From: Octopus vulgaris
Taxonomy: Eukaryota
Length of the DNA stretch: 64,000 nucleotides
Assembly (NCBI GenBank): GCA_951406725.2
Contig: OX597828.1
Location: 11,222,001 to 11,286,000, forward strand
Direction of reading: 5' to 3'
The position numbers and the translations under genes are program-made. Position 1 is the first letter of the stretch. Each line of letters begins with the position of its first letter. The notes beneath the pieces were generated by a model. It ran no database searches. It was given only the letters and a program-made list of their open reading frames with translations, and was not told where the DNA came from. Of the stretch, positions 41,469 through 55,755 are shown piece after piece.

Positions 41469-41717
41469 TGTATGTATGTATGTATGTATGTATGTATGTA
41501 TGTATGTGTATATGTTTGTGTCTCTGTTTGTCTCCCCAACATCGCTTGACAACCGATGCTGGTGTGTTTACGTCCCCATAACTTAGCGGTTTGGCAAAAA
41601 GAGACCGATAGAACAAGTACTAGGCTTACAAAGAATAAGTCCTGGTTTGATTTGCTCGACTAAAGGCGGTGCTCCAGCATGGCTTGCAGTCAAATGACTG
41701 AATCAAGTAAAAGAGTA
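41101..41717 (+). mobile_element. SINE family B, with a family D fragment in its internal microsatellite
   Basis: Head, CORE-like segment and 3' domain are all present. Confidence 0.85.
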
Positions 41718-43629
41718 ACCAGTCGAAGAATCGCTGGGTGAAATATCATCCTCAGAACTACCTTGTTTAGGTGTGTGTTAAACAGAATTAGGCTATCAAG
41801 AGCAGAATTTTCTATTTCTAAGTATGAGAAAGGGTATGGCTGGCTGGTGCAGAAAGGAACAGCAATTTAGGATTGACAACTATTACATTGGCTTGCAACA
41901 CTATAGTTTGATTTCCCCTCCGAGTACAACTACCAGCGAGTGAAGCAATCAACGAAAGACTAGCATCGTATCCAGGGGATGATATATATCTCATGGAAAA
42001 CGAAAGTAAATCCTCGTGATTCTTAAAACGACGAATGTCTTCTTTCTTTTTCCTTCTTTTTCTGATGTTTTCAAGAACCAGATAATTTTTAGAAGACACC
42101 ATTAGTTACGAATAGTCTTTTACAGATTTCCTCAATTGCAATTATAATGTTAAGTGTGGCACAAAATGTATTACGACATTCCACTTCCTGCCAAATAAGA
42201 AAATAAAAACATGATTGCATTCTGTTTCTCCCACCATCATCTTCAATACGTCACCAATCAGACCACGATGACATTTCATACATATTGATTTATATACACT
42301 AAGATCCATTTCGATTAATTTCGGTCTAGCATCATTTCTTCCAACCACTTTTACGCAGATTTATTCGTAAAGCATCCTGCTTCACTGCACAGGAATTTGT
42401 TTCATTTCAGCGCGAACATTAAGCGAAAAATATATAAAATATCAATTGATTCAACCGTTTCATATTTTATGCCAAATTTAATTTCTTAATGCAATTTCTC
42501 CCGACATACTCCGACATATTTGAGCCAAACGTAAAAAAATGTCGGATCATAAAAATCTATAATTATATCGTTATTCGATCTTTTAGAAAACTACTTTTTT
42601 TATATATTTTTCTCTTATTTTTTTCGTTCATCATTTTCATTCATTTTTCAACCAGGGAAATTATTTTATTGCGAAATCGCAAAAATTAATAATCGTTCTA
42701 AGACATTCTATGGAATATGGGATATGTTAACTGGAGATTTTCGTTCACTAGACTATGAAGCAGGTTACCCGAGAGCTACAACGTACAGCATTTTTCATCG
42801 ATCTTCTTTTAATGTTTTCTCGTTTGCAAAATCACGAAACTCAGAGAAAAAAAAAATGGTTAAATATATCGTTTTCAACATTCCAGTCATTGTAAGTTAT
42901 TAAGTAAAAGTTGATAAGTTAATCAAATTATAATTCCTCCTATTCATATTAAAGCAAAATATAGTTCGGTGAAATTCGGAACAAATCTGTACTTTCTCGA
43001 TCAGCTATTAACTCTCTTCGTGTATGTGTGTGTTTGTGTGTCTGTGAGAGAGAGAGAGACAGAGACAGACAAAGCCAGAGGGACAGGGACACACACACAG
43101 ACAGAGAGAGGAAGAGAGAAAGAGGGAAAGAGAAAAGTATGTGTGTAATGTGTTTAGCGTTATTATATATCAGATTTTGTCGAGAAAGTCGGTTAGTCGG
43201 CTTTCTCTTCAGTTATATTAACACTGATGAATGTGTGTTTGTGTGTGTGGTGTGCTCATAAATGTACATTTTAACTTCCTTTTTTTTCTTGTTCCTTTAC
43301 GAATATTTAATAAATAGTTTGGCTTCCCGTTGAATTTTTTCCTTCGGCAAAATCGTTAGGCAAGCGGAGAAAATATCAAGCAGCACTATTTCCGGCTCTT
43401 TACGTTGTGAGATCAAATCACATCAGTTTTGCTTTCCGTTCTTTCGGGCACATTAAAATAGAGCTCAGGTACAGAATCAATTTTGCGGAACCATTTCGGA
43501 GTATTGATGTTTACCGAACCACGGGTGCTTACTTTCGTTACCACACTTTAAATGAAACAAATATGATTACTTACATAATTAAATGAAATACAGGTACCTA
43601 TACATAAGTAGAAATTATACTCATAAATA

Positions 43630-43884
43630 AAATAAATGCGCCCTTTTAAAGCCTAGGTAGGCTCATGGGTCCGGTTTCGCGGTTTCAATGGCGTATGTGT
43701 TCCCCAGCTGGACAGGACGCCAGTCCACCGCAGCTTTACTCATTTTTGCCAGCTGAGTGGACTGGAGCAACGTGAAATGAAATGTTTTGCTCAAGAACAC
43801 AACGCGTCGCCCATTCCAGGAATCGAAACCACAATCTTACGATCATGATGCTGACACCCTAACCACTAAGCCACGCGCCTCCGC
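43630..43884 (-). mobile_element. SINE family C, head Y + tail P
   Basis: tRNA-like head GGAGGCGCGTGGCTTAGTGGTTAGG...GGTTTCGATTCC. The tail GGACTGGCGTCCTGTCCAG.TGGGGAAC...GAAACCGG matches the 52393 copy. Confidence 0.82.
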
Positions 43885-44538
43885 ACTAGTCTATGCAAGG
43901 CATCAGTAAAAACGTCTAGTGGTCGCGAGAATTTGAAGTTTCTGCTTGTAACTTGATTTTAGATTTTGGCTCAGAGCCAGTAATTTTGGTGTGCATCGAC
44001 CTCTGTATTCTAATGGTACAATTTCATTGACCCTCGAAAGAATGAAAGGCAAAATCGATCCTGGGCAGCATTTCAACGCAAAACATACAGACGGACAAAA
44101 TGCCGCTAAGCATTTTGCACGGCGTGTTAACAATTATGTCAGCTTGCTGCATTTTGTGCTCCTAAATTAATTCAGACTATAAGAGCTTCCAGAACGTCAA
44201 TCTCCAGAAAATTGGTGCTGCGCCTCTACTACTCAAGAACTGGGGGAGATTGGGTCGGCTATTGCAATCCGCAAATTCCAGGCTTTAAATCAATACAAGG
44301 AATAAATATTATTGTTAAATTTATCATTGTGGTTATACTTATTGTTTTTTGCCGTAATTATGGTTGTTTTTGTAGCAAATATTATTTTGGCTGTCGTCGA
44401 TTTTCATCCGTTTTTTTTCTTTTGCTAAGAAGAAAAAAAATCTTCAAAAGAGAGATGTTTCCTTACACAAGAATAATCTCAATATATTATATTCTATATT
44501 TTAAATGTTAGTTTTAATGTGACATATTTTTCATTCAC

Positions 44539-44593
<55 letters not shown>

Positions 44594-44803
44594 AATGTAT
44601 ACACGAACATATGTATGTATGTATAGATACATATAGGTTAAATTATATATAGACATACTTGGGAGCTTGTCTGGTGGCTTATCTAAAACAAGCTTCCGCT
44701 TTATAATTGCATTTTTCACGACTCAATTCATTTGCGCTTATATGCGTGTGTGTGAGTGAGTGTGTGTGTGTGTATGTGTTTTCTGTCTGTGTGAGTGCAT
44801 TAA

Positions 44804-44839
<36 letters not shown>

Positions 44840-44990
44840 GTTATACATACTACATATATATGAATCCACACACACATGTATGTACACACAACTATATATA
44901 TATATGTATATATATGTACATATATATAGTATGTATTTGTATATGTGTGTGTACGTCTGTGTACCTATATATGTATATATCTATGTATAC

Positions 44991-45047
<57 letters not shown>

Positions 45048-45182
45048 GACACAAAATCGTTCGGAAGCATTTGCTTCCTTGTCTTCTACATATTTATATA
45101 TTTGTTTTTGTCCATAAATATCAAAGATATTTTTGTCTCATTTATTTTTGTATTTATATATTATATAAATATATAAAATTTA

Positions 45183-45222
<40 letters not shown>

Positions 45223-45344
45223 ATATTTCTGTTTGGCATATGTATACGTATTATACGTACATCCACATATATATGTCTTAATATAGAGGGTAATACTTGC
45301 GTGTGTGTGTGTGTATGTGTGTGTGTATGTGTGTTTGTGTGTGT

Positions 45345-45387
<43 letters not shown>

Positions 45388-45519
45388 GTGATTCGTACCT
45401 CAATTCGTAGTAATTGTGCGAAATACAGAAATAATTCGAGAAATACAGACAGAATGTCAGCTTACGTACAAACATGCCTACCCACTTTTAAATACATGCA
45501 CACCAACATACATACATAC

Positions 45520-45573
<54 letters not shown>

Positions 45574-46000
45574 GTACGTGTTTACTTACATACCAATACT
45601 TGAATTTGAAAAACTGAAACAAAACATTTGATTTATGCGCACAAAAAATACTTATAATGAAATGCGCGCGCGCTCTTTCCTCCAAAATTATTTTATGTAT
45701 CACAGCGAAGACGGAAAATCAGAAAAAGTGAGCAAATTCGTGACGGAAAAAATTATATATGTATATATATCAAAATATATATATATATATATAATTTTAA
45801 TCCAAACGGGAAAACAAAAAAACAACAACAGTGGAACAATTACAGTATTATTATTAATAGGCGCTCAGGAAATATGGAAGCAGGAAGGTATGACGTTTCG
45901 AGCGGAGCTCTTCGTCGGAAACATAAAGAAGGAAGAGAGAGGAAAGAAAGATCCCAAAGAGGGCAACAGGAGATGGAGAAAAAAACGACTGGTGTTTACG

Positions 46001-46084
<84 letters not shown>

Positions 46085-46086
46085 GC

Positions 46087-46118
<32 letters not shown>

Positions 46119-46185
46119 ATATGTATATATGTACATGTAAATGTATGTATGTATGTATGTATGTATGTATGTATATATATGTATA

Positions 46186-46526
46186 TTCTTTTATTCTTTT
46201 ATTTGTTTCAGTCATTTAGTCGAACAAATCGCCCCCAAGACTTATTCTTTGTAAGTTTAGTACCTATTCTATCGGTCATTTATGCCGAACCGCTATGTTA
46301 TGGGAACGTAAACACACCAACATCGATTGTCAAGCAATGGTAGGGGAACAAACCCAGACACACAAACATATACATATATACGACAGGCTTCTTTCAATCT
46401 CCGTCTACCAAATCCACTGACAAGACTTTGGCCGGGCTATAGTAGAAGACACTTGTCCAAAAAACCACGCAGTGGGTTCAATCGGGAACCATGAGGCTGG
46501 TAAGCAAGCTACTTAGCACACAGCCA
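46186..46526 (-). mobile_element. SINE family B
   Basis: Matches the other family B copies. Confidence 0.82.
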
Positions 46527-49500
46527 AGAATTATTTTAAGATAGATCCCTTTTCGAAATAAAAATAGGGGTTGAGACAAAGTCATAAGCGAGAACAGACC
46601 GCATTGGATTTCTGGTTCATGGTTATATATATATATATTTTTTTTTTATCATTGCAAACCGATGACTACTTCTTGTATTCATGTTTACATTCGAATAAAT
46701 TAATGAACGTGTATATGTGTATATGTGTATATGTGTGTGCATGTCTGTATGTAAGTATGTGTAATTTTTTATTCATGCACATACACATATATGTATATAC
46801 ATATCTGTCGCGTATATTTACAAGCAAGTTCGTCTGGTGGACACGTTTTTAGATAATTATCTGATTATTCTATGCGAAACCAAATGGTGAAATTGGCTAA
46901 AATGCATCGATGGCACTTTGATGAATATATATATATATATGTGTGTATGTATGTATGTATGTATGTATGTATACATATAGAAACACATGCACTGGTAAAA
47001 AATACATATCTGCGTATGTATTTATGTTTGTGTGCATGTATGGATACGACAGGTATCCTGTCGCCTTCCACCTATCACATTCACAAATAGCCCTGGGCTA
47101 TAATAGAAGACACTTGCTCAAGGCGCCATGATGTGAGACCGAACCCGAAATCAACTGAGTGCCAAACGAACTTCCGAATCACACATTCACATCTATATTC
47201 GTTATATACTTCCATTATTTTATTAAGTGGCTTATTATTCTAGAAAGAACTGAATACGATATAGATGCAGAGTCGTTTATTTTCTTGGTTAACTTAAGTG
47301 ATACTTAGAATAGTAAAATTGCATCAGTACAGATTTGTATTTCTTCAAAGGCAAAAGTAGGCATTTGATGGAAAGTTTAATATATTTACCACGGATTATG
47401 TCATGCTGAAATTTTCTGACAAGAATGAAATGGTGCTATGCATGATTACCTTAGACTAGAAATTTTAAGATCAACGTAATATGCTAACAAGAAAACAATA
47501 CGTATGCATATTTTATGCTTCTTCTCCTTTGTTCCTCGATTTTAAATTTCAAATTCCTATCCCGCCAAATATAATCTAGAAAGGCTAATCTTCCTTGCAC
47601 TATATGACCACGAGGAAACACCACGTGTTAGAACAGTATACAGAGTGGACAACGATGTGGTGAAACTGAACAACTACACAATGATAGTTTAAAGGGAGAA
47701 ATGTGGAGATTGAGTGGAATTATTAATTGTAAAGATTGAACAAAATCTATAAAACAACAGTTACTACTTCTCTGGTGATAGAAAATAGGTCGAATAATGA
47801 GAGGTAAAAAGAGAAATGGAGAAAGGGGAAGAGAGGGAGAGGGGATAAGTAAAAAGAGAGAATGAGAGATAGAGAATAAGGGAGAGTTTGAAAGAAAGAG
47901 AGAGCGAGAGTGAAGGTATGTTTGAGCGGATAGAACGGGAGTGAGGGTATGTTTGAGGGGAGGGAACGAGAGCAAAAGTGTGGGAGGATTTGAGAGAGGG
48001 AAATAACGGGAGTTAGAGAGATTTTGAGAAAAGGAAAGAGTGTGAGGGAGTGTTTGAGAGATGTAGAGTGCGAGAGCGAGAGTGGGGATGAGTTTAAGAG
48101 AACGGAAAGAAGATGATGCCGCTATGGTCAAGATTTAGTAGTTTTACAAATTTTCAAAACTGGAAAATCATCAATTATAAATAGACAGGTAATGTTGTGT
48201 TTGCGTTTAAGGTGTAGAAAAGCATTACTTTTTAGTTATTTCTATGATAAACGCTAAAGGCGAGAAAAGAATATAATGTGATGCAATAAATAATATTAAG
48301 AATAATAATAAAAACAATAACAATGAAAATAATAATAATAGTAACAATAATACTGATTTCAAATTTTGGCACAAGGCCAGCAAGTTCAGCGCGGGGGTAA
48401 GTCAATTGCATCGCCTCCAGAGCTCAATTCCGTCGAATAACAATAACAATAATATTGACACTGAAAACGACCACAATATTACTTGTAATAAAGAACATGG
48501 CACAAGGCCAGCAATTTTGAAGGGAAAACGTAAGTTTATTTCATCAACCCCGTACTTTAATTTAGCGATCCCGAAAAGATGAGAAGCAAAGTTGACCTTG
48601 GCGGAATTTTAGCGTAAAAGTGCCGGAAGAAATGCAGTAAAGAATTCTGTCCGGCGAGCTAAGGATTTTGCTAACTCGGTAGTAACGTCAATAATTACAT
48701 TATTTTCATTAGAGTCGTCATAATTTCGGTACACAAATAGTTCTCTTTTGTTTGTGATATGTCAGATATAGGGTGAGACTCAACCAGTCTAAATCAACCG
48801 AATTTAATTAGGAAATCTAAAACTTAAGGCACTATGCACAAAGAGGATGACGGAGGTTAGCAGGGTTCCGTTATAAGGACAGATATAGTATCACAGACAT
48901 TAAGGGAATATAGAAGTAAGATTTAAGGTGCTTATCAGGCTCTTCTAGGTTTTCGAGGTGATGACTTGTCGGAAGGAGGCTTCGGGTTCCCTTCCTAGAT
49001 AGTGATATATTGATTGGAGAACTTGGCAAAAAATGTTACTTTCTTCTGAGAATTTGACAAAAGTATTGTTACTGTCCTTAGCTAATGAAAATCTTTAACC
49101 ATGTTCTGTATGACAAAATCTTTGTCTCCTGGAATGGAAATGCTTTTCCTGCCCTCTCCAACGTAGCTTTTGCAGTGTGTGCTAACTCGGCACCACATTC
49201 TATCAATGTTAAAACTGGGATTTTGATTGTGTCTTCGAGATGCTTCACAATGCATAGCAGTGCAAATGACACCACCCTCCTTCTTCTCTCTCCTTAACCT
49301 AGAATACATTATTCATAAGCAATTTGCATATTTCATTTCGTGCCAATGCCAAACTTGTACTGCGCTATAAACACTCTTCATACGACAGAACACAATCTCT
49401 GAAACAATGCACTTCCATCACGATAATTTGCAAAATCGTCTTAAATTACACGGAAAATAACACCCACTTTATCATTTATTGATGTTCAATGACTCAACTG

Positions 49501-49653
49501 CCATGGAGACTGGCCTATTGTTCATAAGCAATGTTGTTATTACATATGATTGGACATACAAACAAACAGAGAAGTCGTTTGATTTGCTAGAAATCATTCC
49601 ATCCTACTGACTTAATACAGACAACACAGAAACTGACCATATATATACAGACA

Positions 49654-49872
49654 GAGTAATCTCACGTCATATCGCGGTTCACCGATCGCGGTTTATTATT
49701 TAAGCGTACGTCGATTCCTCCATGGTGTTGTTTTGCATTTATAATAAAATAAATATATACAAATTATGAAAATTATTAAAAAAACATACAGTACTGTTTC
49801 TACTTTGCAGATTTTCACGTACCGCGGAGGTGGGGTTCGAACGTAACACCCGCGATAGACGAAGGATTACTG
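49654..49872. mobile_element. Tigger/pogo-like MITE
   Basis: Imperfect terminal inverted repeats AGTAATCTCACGTCATATCGCGG and CCGCGATAGACGAAGGATTACTG, with TA following the right end. Confidence 0.55.
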
Positions 49873-49934
49873 TACACACAAACATATATATATATATATG
49901 AATTATATCAATGTGTATGTGTGTATATATATTG

Positions 49935-49974
<40 letters not shown>

Positions 49975-50020
49975 TTATATGAATGTGTATGTGTGTATAT
50001 ATATTGATCATATATATATA

Positions 50021-50416
50021 TTGTATTGGCATCCTTTCTGTCTCGGGAGACAATGGAGTTGCGCATGAAGTAGTCTAGTCCGGCTTTTATATTTCATGTC
50101 CTGATACATTTCCTGCTGTGGCTGTGTAGTCCTATCCTGGACAAACATTCCCTCTGGCAGGTACCGCAAATGTAGCGAAGACTGTTCCTGGCTGGTTGTA
50201 GTGCCATAGTCTCTTGTTTACGTCTCTTCCTTTCTTTCCATTTCTCCTCTCTCTCTCTGTCACTCCTTTGTATTCCCTCTTTTACGGTACGTCGCCATTC
50301 TCCACGGTTGCCGGCAACTGCCTCCCAACCGCTAATATTGATGTTGCAGGCCTTCATGTCCCTTTTGCAAACATCCTTGTAACGTAAGATCGGTCTACCC
50401 ACAGACCTAGTACCCT
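50021..50416 (-). mobile_element. 5'-truncated RTE-clade LINE: ORF C-terminus (stop at 50094) and 3' UTR
   Basis: GRPILRYKDVCKRDMK...WEAVAGNRGEWR...CGTCQRECLSRIGLHSHSRKC is the typical RTE/BovB-like C-terminus with a zinc finger. Confidence 0.92.
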
Positions 50417-50417
50417 A

Positions 50418-50458
<41 letters not shown>

Positions 50459-50459
<1 letters not shown>

Positions 50460-51739
50460 GAGGGACGTTCAATAAGTAATGCCCCTGACCCACTTGCAGT
50501 TGTTTGATCTAGCTGCAATTTTGCATGTGCAATTATTCATATCTTTATAGATTAAATGGCGAATTACAGCTCTGTGGTTTCTGAGTTACAGGTGTTTGAA
50601 CTGAGTCAAATGTGAAATGGAGCCTGTTGAGTGTCGAGCAGTGGTCCGGTTTTTGTATTTGTAAGGACGCACACCACGGGAGACTTTGATGAAATGAAAG
50701 TAACTTATGGTGATGATGCCCCATCATATGACCTTGTAAAACGCTGGCATCGTGAATTCAAACATGGTCGGAACTCTGTGGAAACAGCTCCCAGATCTGG
50801 TCGCCCCCCTTCTGCCATTGATGAGGCATCTGTCCGTCAAGTTGATGCTGCCATTTTGGAAGATCGACGCATAACTATTCGCCAAATAGCCCATGAGGTC
50901 AAGATTAGTACCGGGTCTGTGGAAACTATCATTCATGACCATTTGCATATGCAAAAGGTGTCTGCCAGATGGATTCCCAGGCTGCTCACACCTTTCCAGA
51001 AGCAAGAACGCGTCGAGTGCTCGAGGATGAATTTGGAGATGTGCCAAGAAGATGAGTCAAATATTTTCAAAAGACTGATTACACAGGATGAAACCTGGGT
51101 CCATCACTATGATTCAGAGACCAAAGCCCAGTCAATGCAGTGGAAGCACCATGACTCACCTCCTCCAAAGAAGGCAAGGGTTCAGCCCTCCGCTGGCAAA
51201 GTCATGCTCACAGTCTTCTGGGACCAGGACGAAGTAGTGATGACAGATTTCCTGGCAAAGGGTACCACAATTACAGGAGCCTATTATCCTTCACTTTTGA
51301 GGAAATTAAGAGAAACTATCAAAATCAAGAGGCGGGGCAAGATCAGCAAAGACATCCTCCTCCTGCAGGACAACGCTCCGGTCCACAACTCGCGTCTCGC
51401 CAGATCAAAAGCACAGGCGTGCGGCTATGACCCCCACCCCCACCCCCTACTCTCCTGACCTTGCACCCTCTGATTTTCACCTCTTCCCAGTCATGAAGTT
51501 GTTTTTGAAAGGAAAGCGTTTCCCAGATGATGCAGCCTTGATTTCTGAAGTCACGTCGTAGTTGGAGGACCAAGCTGGGGTCTTCTACAAAAACGGTCTC
51601 CAAAGCTGCATCAAACGATGGGAGAAATGCGTAACTCTGGATGGTTCCTATGTAGAAAAAGACTAATAACTGTGCCAAGTTTCGTTGCTCTACTGCTATG
51701 GGAAGTGGGTCAGGGACATTACTTATTGAACGCCCCTCG
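50459..51739 (+). mobile_element. Full-length mariner transposon (1281 bp) with 37-bp TIRs, inserted in (TA)n
   Basis: Left TIR CGAGGGACGTTCAATAAGTAATGCCCCTGACCCACTT. The right TIR at 51703-51739 differs at 2 positions. TA is present on both sides. Confidence 0.97.
50617..51666 (+). pseudogene. Mariner DD34D transposase, inactivated (irritans-like)
   Basis: Starts MEPVECRAVVRFLYL* and contains WIPRLL, TQDETW, LQDNA and HPPYSPDLAPSDFHLF. It has two in-frame stops and at least two frameshifts. Confidence 0.95.
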
Positions 51740-51784
51740 TATATATGAATTATATGAATGTGTATGTGTGTATATATATTGATC

Positions 51785-51828
<44 letters not shown>

Positions 51829-52392
51829 ATATAAATATACACACGCATGTATATATATATGTGTATATAGAAATATACATACATAGAGATATATGTATAT
51901 GCACATACATACATATACATGCATACTCGCACACACATATATACACTTACACACACATACATATATAGACGATTATATATATATATATATATATATATAT
52001 AATGACGCGATGGTCATGGCTGGGATGCCTTCTATCAAATCTAGATTATAGATGAGTTGGGACTAAATGATAACAACAACAGCAACTATTCTATGTGTGG
52101 CCTTGTGCCAATGTAGGAGATCAATAGATATTTGGGTGGTTAATTAGCTTCGATTCAATCGAATGTTATTCAAGCCACTTCGATAAATTGGCTAAATTTA
52201 GAAATCAATATGATGAATATTGATTTTTAACGATGTTGTGTGGGTGGTGTATCGTCGGTTGGTAAAAGTAGAATATATGATTAAATACCTCTTGAGTATT
52301 TTAAATTCAATCCTTTCCATTCTGAGTTCAAATCTCGGCTGGTTTGATTTTGTTTCTTAATTAATATTTGAACTTGAGTATCAAATGTAAGA

Positions 52393-52700
52393 TGTGGAGG
52401 CACATGGCCCAGTGGTTAGAGCAGCGGACTCGCGGTAGAGGGATCGTGGGTTCGAATCTCAGACCGAGTGATGTGTGTGTTTATGAGCGAAACACCTAAG
52501 CTCCACGCGGCTCCGGCAGAAGGTAATGGCGAACTTCTGCTGACTCTTTCGCCACAACTTTCTCTTACTCTTTCCTCCTGCATCTTGCAGCTCACCTGCG
52601 ACGGATCGGTGACCCGTCCAGGTGGGGAACCTATACGCCAAAGAAACCGGGAAACCGGCCCTTATGAGCCAGGCGTGGCTCGAGAAGGAACAAACAAAAC
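52393..52700 (+). mobile_element. SINE family C, head X + tail P, with a 13-bp TSD
   Basis: A box TGGCCCAGTGG and B box GGTTCGAATC. TSD ATCAAATGTAAGA at 52380-52392 and 52701-52713. Confidence 0.92.
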
Positions 52701-52842
52701 ATCAAATGTAAGAAATGAAGAGGGAAAGCAAGAGGGAAATAAAGAGAGGGAAGATAGGAGAGTTAAAAGGGGGAAGGGAGAGGTGAGAGAGGGAAAGAGA
52801 GAATGGAATTGGGAGTAAGAGTGAAAAGGCATGAAATATATG

Positions 52843-53074
52843 TATTTCTTTACTGCCCACAAGGGGCTAAACATAGAGGGGACAAACAAGGACAGACAAA
52901 GGAATTAAGTCGATTACATCGACTCCAGTGGAAACTGGTACTTTATTTATCGACCCCGAAAGGATGAAAGGCAAAGTGAACCTCGGCGGAATTCGAACTC
53001 ATAACGTAACGACAGACGAAATACCGCTAAGCATTTCGCCCTGCGCGCTAACGTTTCTGCCAGCTCGCCGCCTT
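52843..53074 (-). mobile_element. SINE family A monomer with a 17-bp TSD
   Basis: TSD AAGGCATGAAATATATG at 52826-52842 and 53075-53091. Confidence 0.93.
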
Positions 53075-53372
53075 AAGGCATGAAATATATGGTTTATAAG
53101 TAGAAGTCACAGGTGTAAAAGATTTGGATGAAGTGAGGTGGCGGTGAAAGGAGAAGACAGGTAACTGGAGGGAGTGAAAGAGACGGTTAGAATGAATGAG
53201 AGGAAGGTGAGAAAAAAGTACAAATAGGTGTGGGAGAGAAAGATGATGCGAGGAAAGGAAGATAAGAAGATATGAGAGTGAGAGTGAGAGTGGGTGAAAG
53301 ACGGAAGTTTAAAGGGTAGTCGAAGGGAGTGACAGAGAATGGGTTTTAGGTGTACTAGGACTATATTTTGCG

Positions 53373-53606
53373 TAGGCGGCGAGCTGGCAGAACCGTTTGC
53401 ACGCCAGACGAAATGCGTAGCCGTATTTCGTCTGCCGTTACATTCTGAGTTCAAATTCCGCCGAGGTTGACTTTGCCTTTCATCCTTTGGGGGGTCGATA
53501 AATTAAGTACCAGTTACGCACTGGGGTCGATATAATCGACTTAATCCGTTTGTCTGTCCTTGTTTGTCCCCTCTGTGTTTAGCCCCTTGTGGGTAGTAAA
53601 GAAATA
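53373..53606 (+). mobile_element. SINE family A monomer
   Basis: Complete from GGCGGCGAGCTGGCAGAA to AAGAAATA. Confidence 0.93.
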
Positions 53607-54069
53607 TATATTTTATATGTCCTTCGTTTTTAAGACAGCAAAGTGTGAGGTGAAGAAGACTGACTCCCATTTCCAAAGGGTAGAGAGACTCCCTGGCAGC
53701 TTTTACATATCGAAGAATCCGTAAATCGAGTCTAATGAGTACTCTTTCTCCCTCCTCTCTCCCTCACACACGCTCTCTCTCTTTCTCTCAATCTGTCTCT
53801 GCATCTATCTGTCTACCTATCTATGCTTTCATTTAAAAGCTGGAAATCAATGTGAGAAACTGCTTTCTTACATTGACACTTTGTCACGGATTTTAGGACA
53901 AAGCCACAATTGAGCTCAGTACTTGAGAAGTGCTATATTATCCAACCCTACAACTGTGATGAGTGAAAGGCAAAGTTGATTCTGTCAGGATTTGAACCAG
54001 TTCATAACGAATCCTTCACTATATACAGCAAGACCTATTTATCCTATATTTCTCTAGGATCAATAATAT

Positions 54070-55445
54070 TAGTCTCAAATTTTGGCATAAGGCAAGAAAA
54101 TTTGGAGGAGGGGTTAAGTCGATTACATCGATCCAAGTACTCGACTGGTACTTATTATATCGACTTTTAAAAGGATGAAAGGCAAATTTGACCTCGGCGG
54201 AATTTGAACTCAGAACAATAAGACGAACGAAATGCTGTTAAGCATTTTGCCCGGTGTGTTAACGATTCTGCCAGCTTGCTCGCTGCCTTAATATCGGTTT
54301 TAAATTTTTGCACAAGGCCAGCAATTTATGAGAAGGATAAATCGATTACATTGATTCCAGTGTTCAATTGATACTTATTTTATCGGCCCCGAAAGGATGA
54401 AAGGTTGAAAGGCAAAGTTCACCTGGGTGAAATTTGAACTCAGACCATAAGGACGGACGAAATGCTGCTAAGCATTTTACCCAGTGCGTTAACTATTCTG
54501 CCAGTCTGCCGCCTTTCGTCGCCTTCATTGATTCCTAATGTAGGTACAAGGCTCCTAACTTGAAATAAGAGTACAAATGGCCATGTCGAATTCCAGTATT
54601 AGATTGGTACCTAATTTCCCTGATCCTGGAAGCATAGAATTTAGTATTGACCTCGAAGGAATTAGATCTCAGAATAAAAAGAGACGTAGCTGCAAGGTAT
54701 TTTGTCCACTACGCTTTAATAATTGCTTCTAATTTTAGTACAAAGACAGAAATTTTGAGGAAAGAATGTTAGTCGATATCATTGATCCGAGAGCTTGACT
54801 GCTACTTTGTTTTATCGATTCCTGAAACATGACTTCGGCGATGTTTGAGCTCAGAACAAAAAGGCAATGTTGGCCAGAATGCAAAGGATCGGAAACACAC
54901 GCTACAAGCCTCTTTCCCAACGATCTTACGATTCTACCAATACTTTTTTTAAGTTTTGGCACAAGGCCAGCAATTTTCGGGTAAGGGATAAGTCAGTTAC
55001 TTCGACCCCAGTGTTCAACTGGTACTTATTTTATCTACCCCGAAAGGATGAAAGGCAAAGTCGATATCGGCAGAATTTATAGACGGACGGAATGTAGCTA
55101 AGCATTCGACTGGCGTACTAAAGATTCCCTCAGCTCACCGCCTTTACGTTTCTACTAATATTGATGAGGGGAAAAATACTGCAGAAAGGAAGAATGAATA
55201 CTAAATACTAATGCAATATTATTATGTGTAATAAAGGCGGCGAGCTAGCAGAGTTATTAGCACGCCGGACAAAATGCTTAGCGGCATTTCTTCCGGCTCT
55301 CCATTCTGAGTTCAAATTCGCAGTGGCGACTCCGCCTTTCATTCTTTTGGAGTCGATGAAATAAGTAGCAGTTGAGCTCTGGGGTCGATGTAATCGAGTA
55401 GACCCCACCCTAAAATATCAAGCTTTGTACCTGTAGAGGAAAAAA
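54070..55445. mobile_element. Cluster of older family A SINEs (several on -, one on + at 55234-55445)
   Basis: Same head and central domain, with the alternative tail GGCCTTGTGCCAAAATTT. Confidence 0.8.
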
Positions 55446-55755
55446 TTATATATGTAATAGAGCATTATATATGTAATATAGTGAGATGAAAAATTTTGAT
55501 CAAATGAACTGGATTTAAATATGAAATTCACTCCGATCAATACTGTCTGTATGATCCACATAATTTTATCAACTGATCATAATGTAGTACTTAAACAAAC
55601 CAACACCGGTTGTCAGTTGGTGAAAAGAACGTACGCAAAGACAGACACATCCAGTTTCGGACACCCGTTTACTTAGAAGGCATTGGTCTGTCAATGCCTC
55701 AGTAGAAAACTGTTGCCTGAAGTGCCGCGCACTCAGACTGAATCCGAAACCATGT

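Noticed and set aside
44531-46343. Numerous YI/CV/HT-rich ORFs here and throughout the window
   Set aside because: They are translations of (TA)n, (TG)n and (TATG)n microsatellites.
52393-52465. tRNA gene
   Set aside because: A and B boxes are present, but the acceptor stem does not close and the sequence continues into a repeated body with a TSD. It is a SINE head; the same applies to the other tRNA-like heads.
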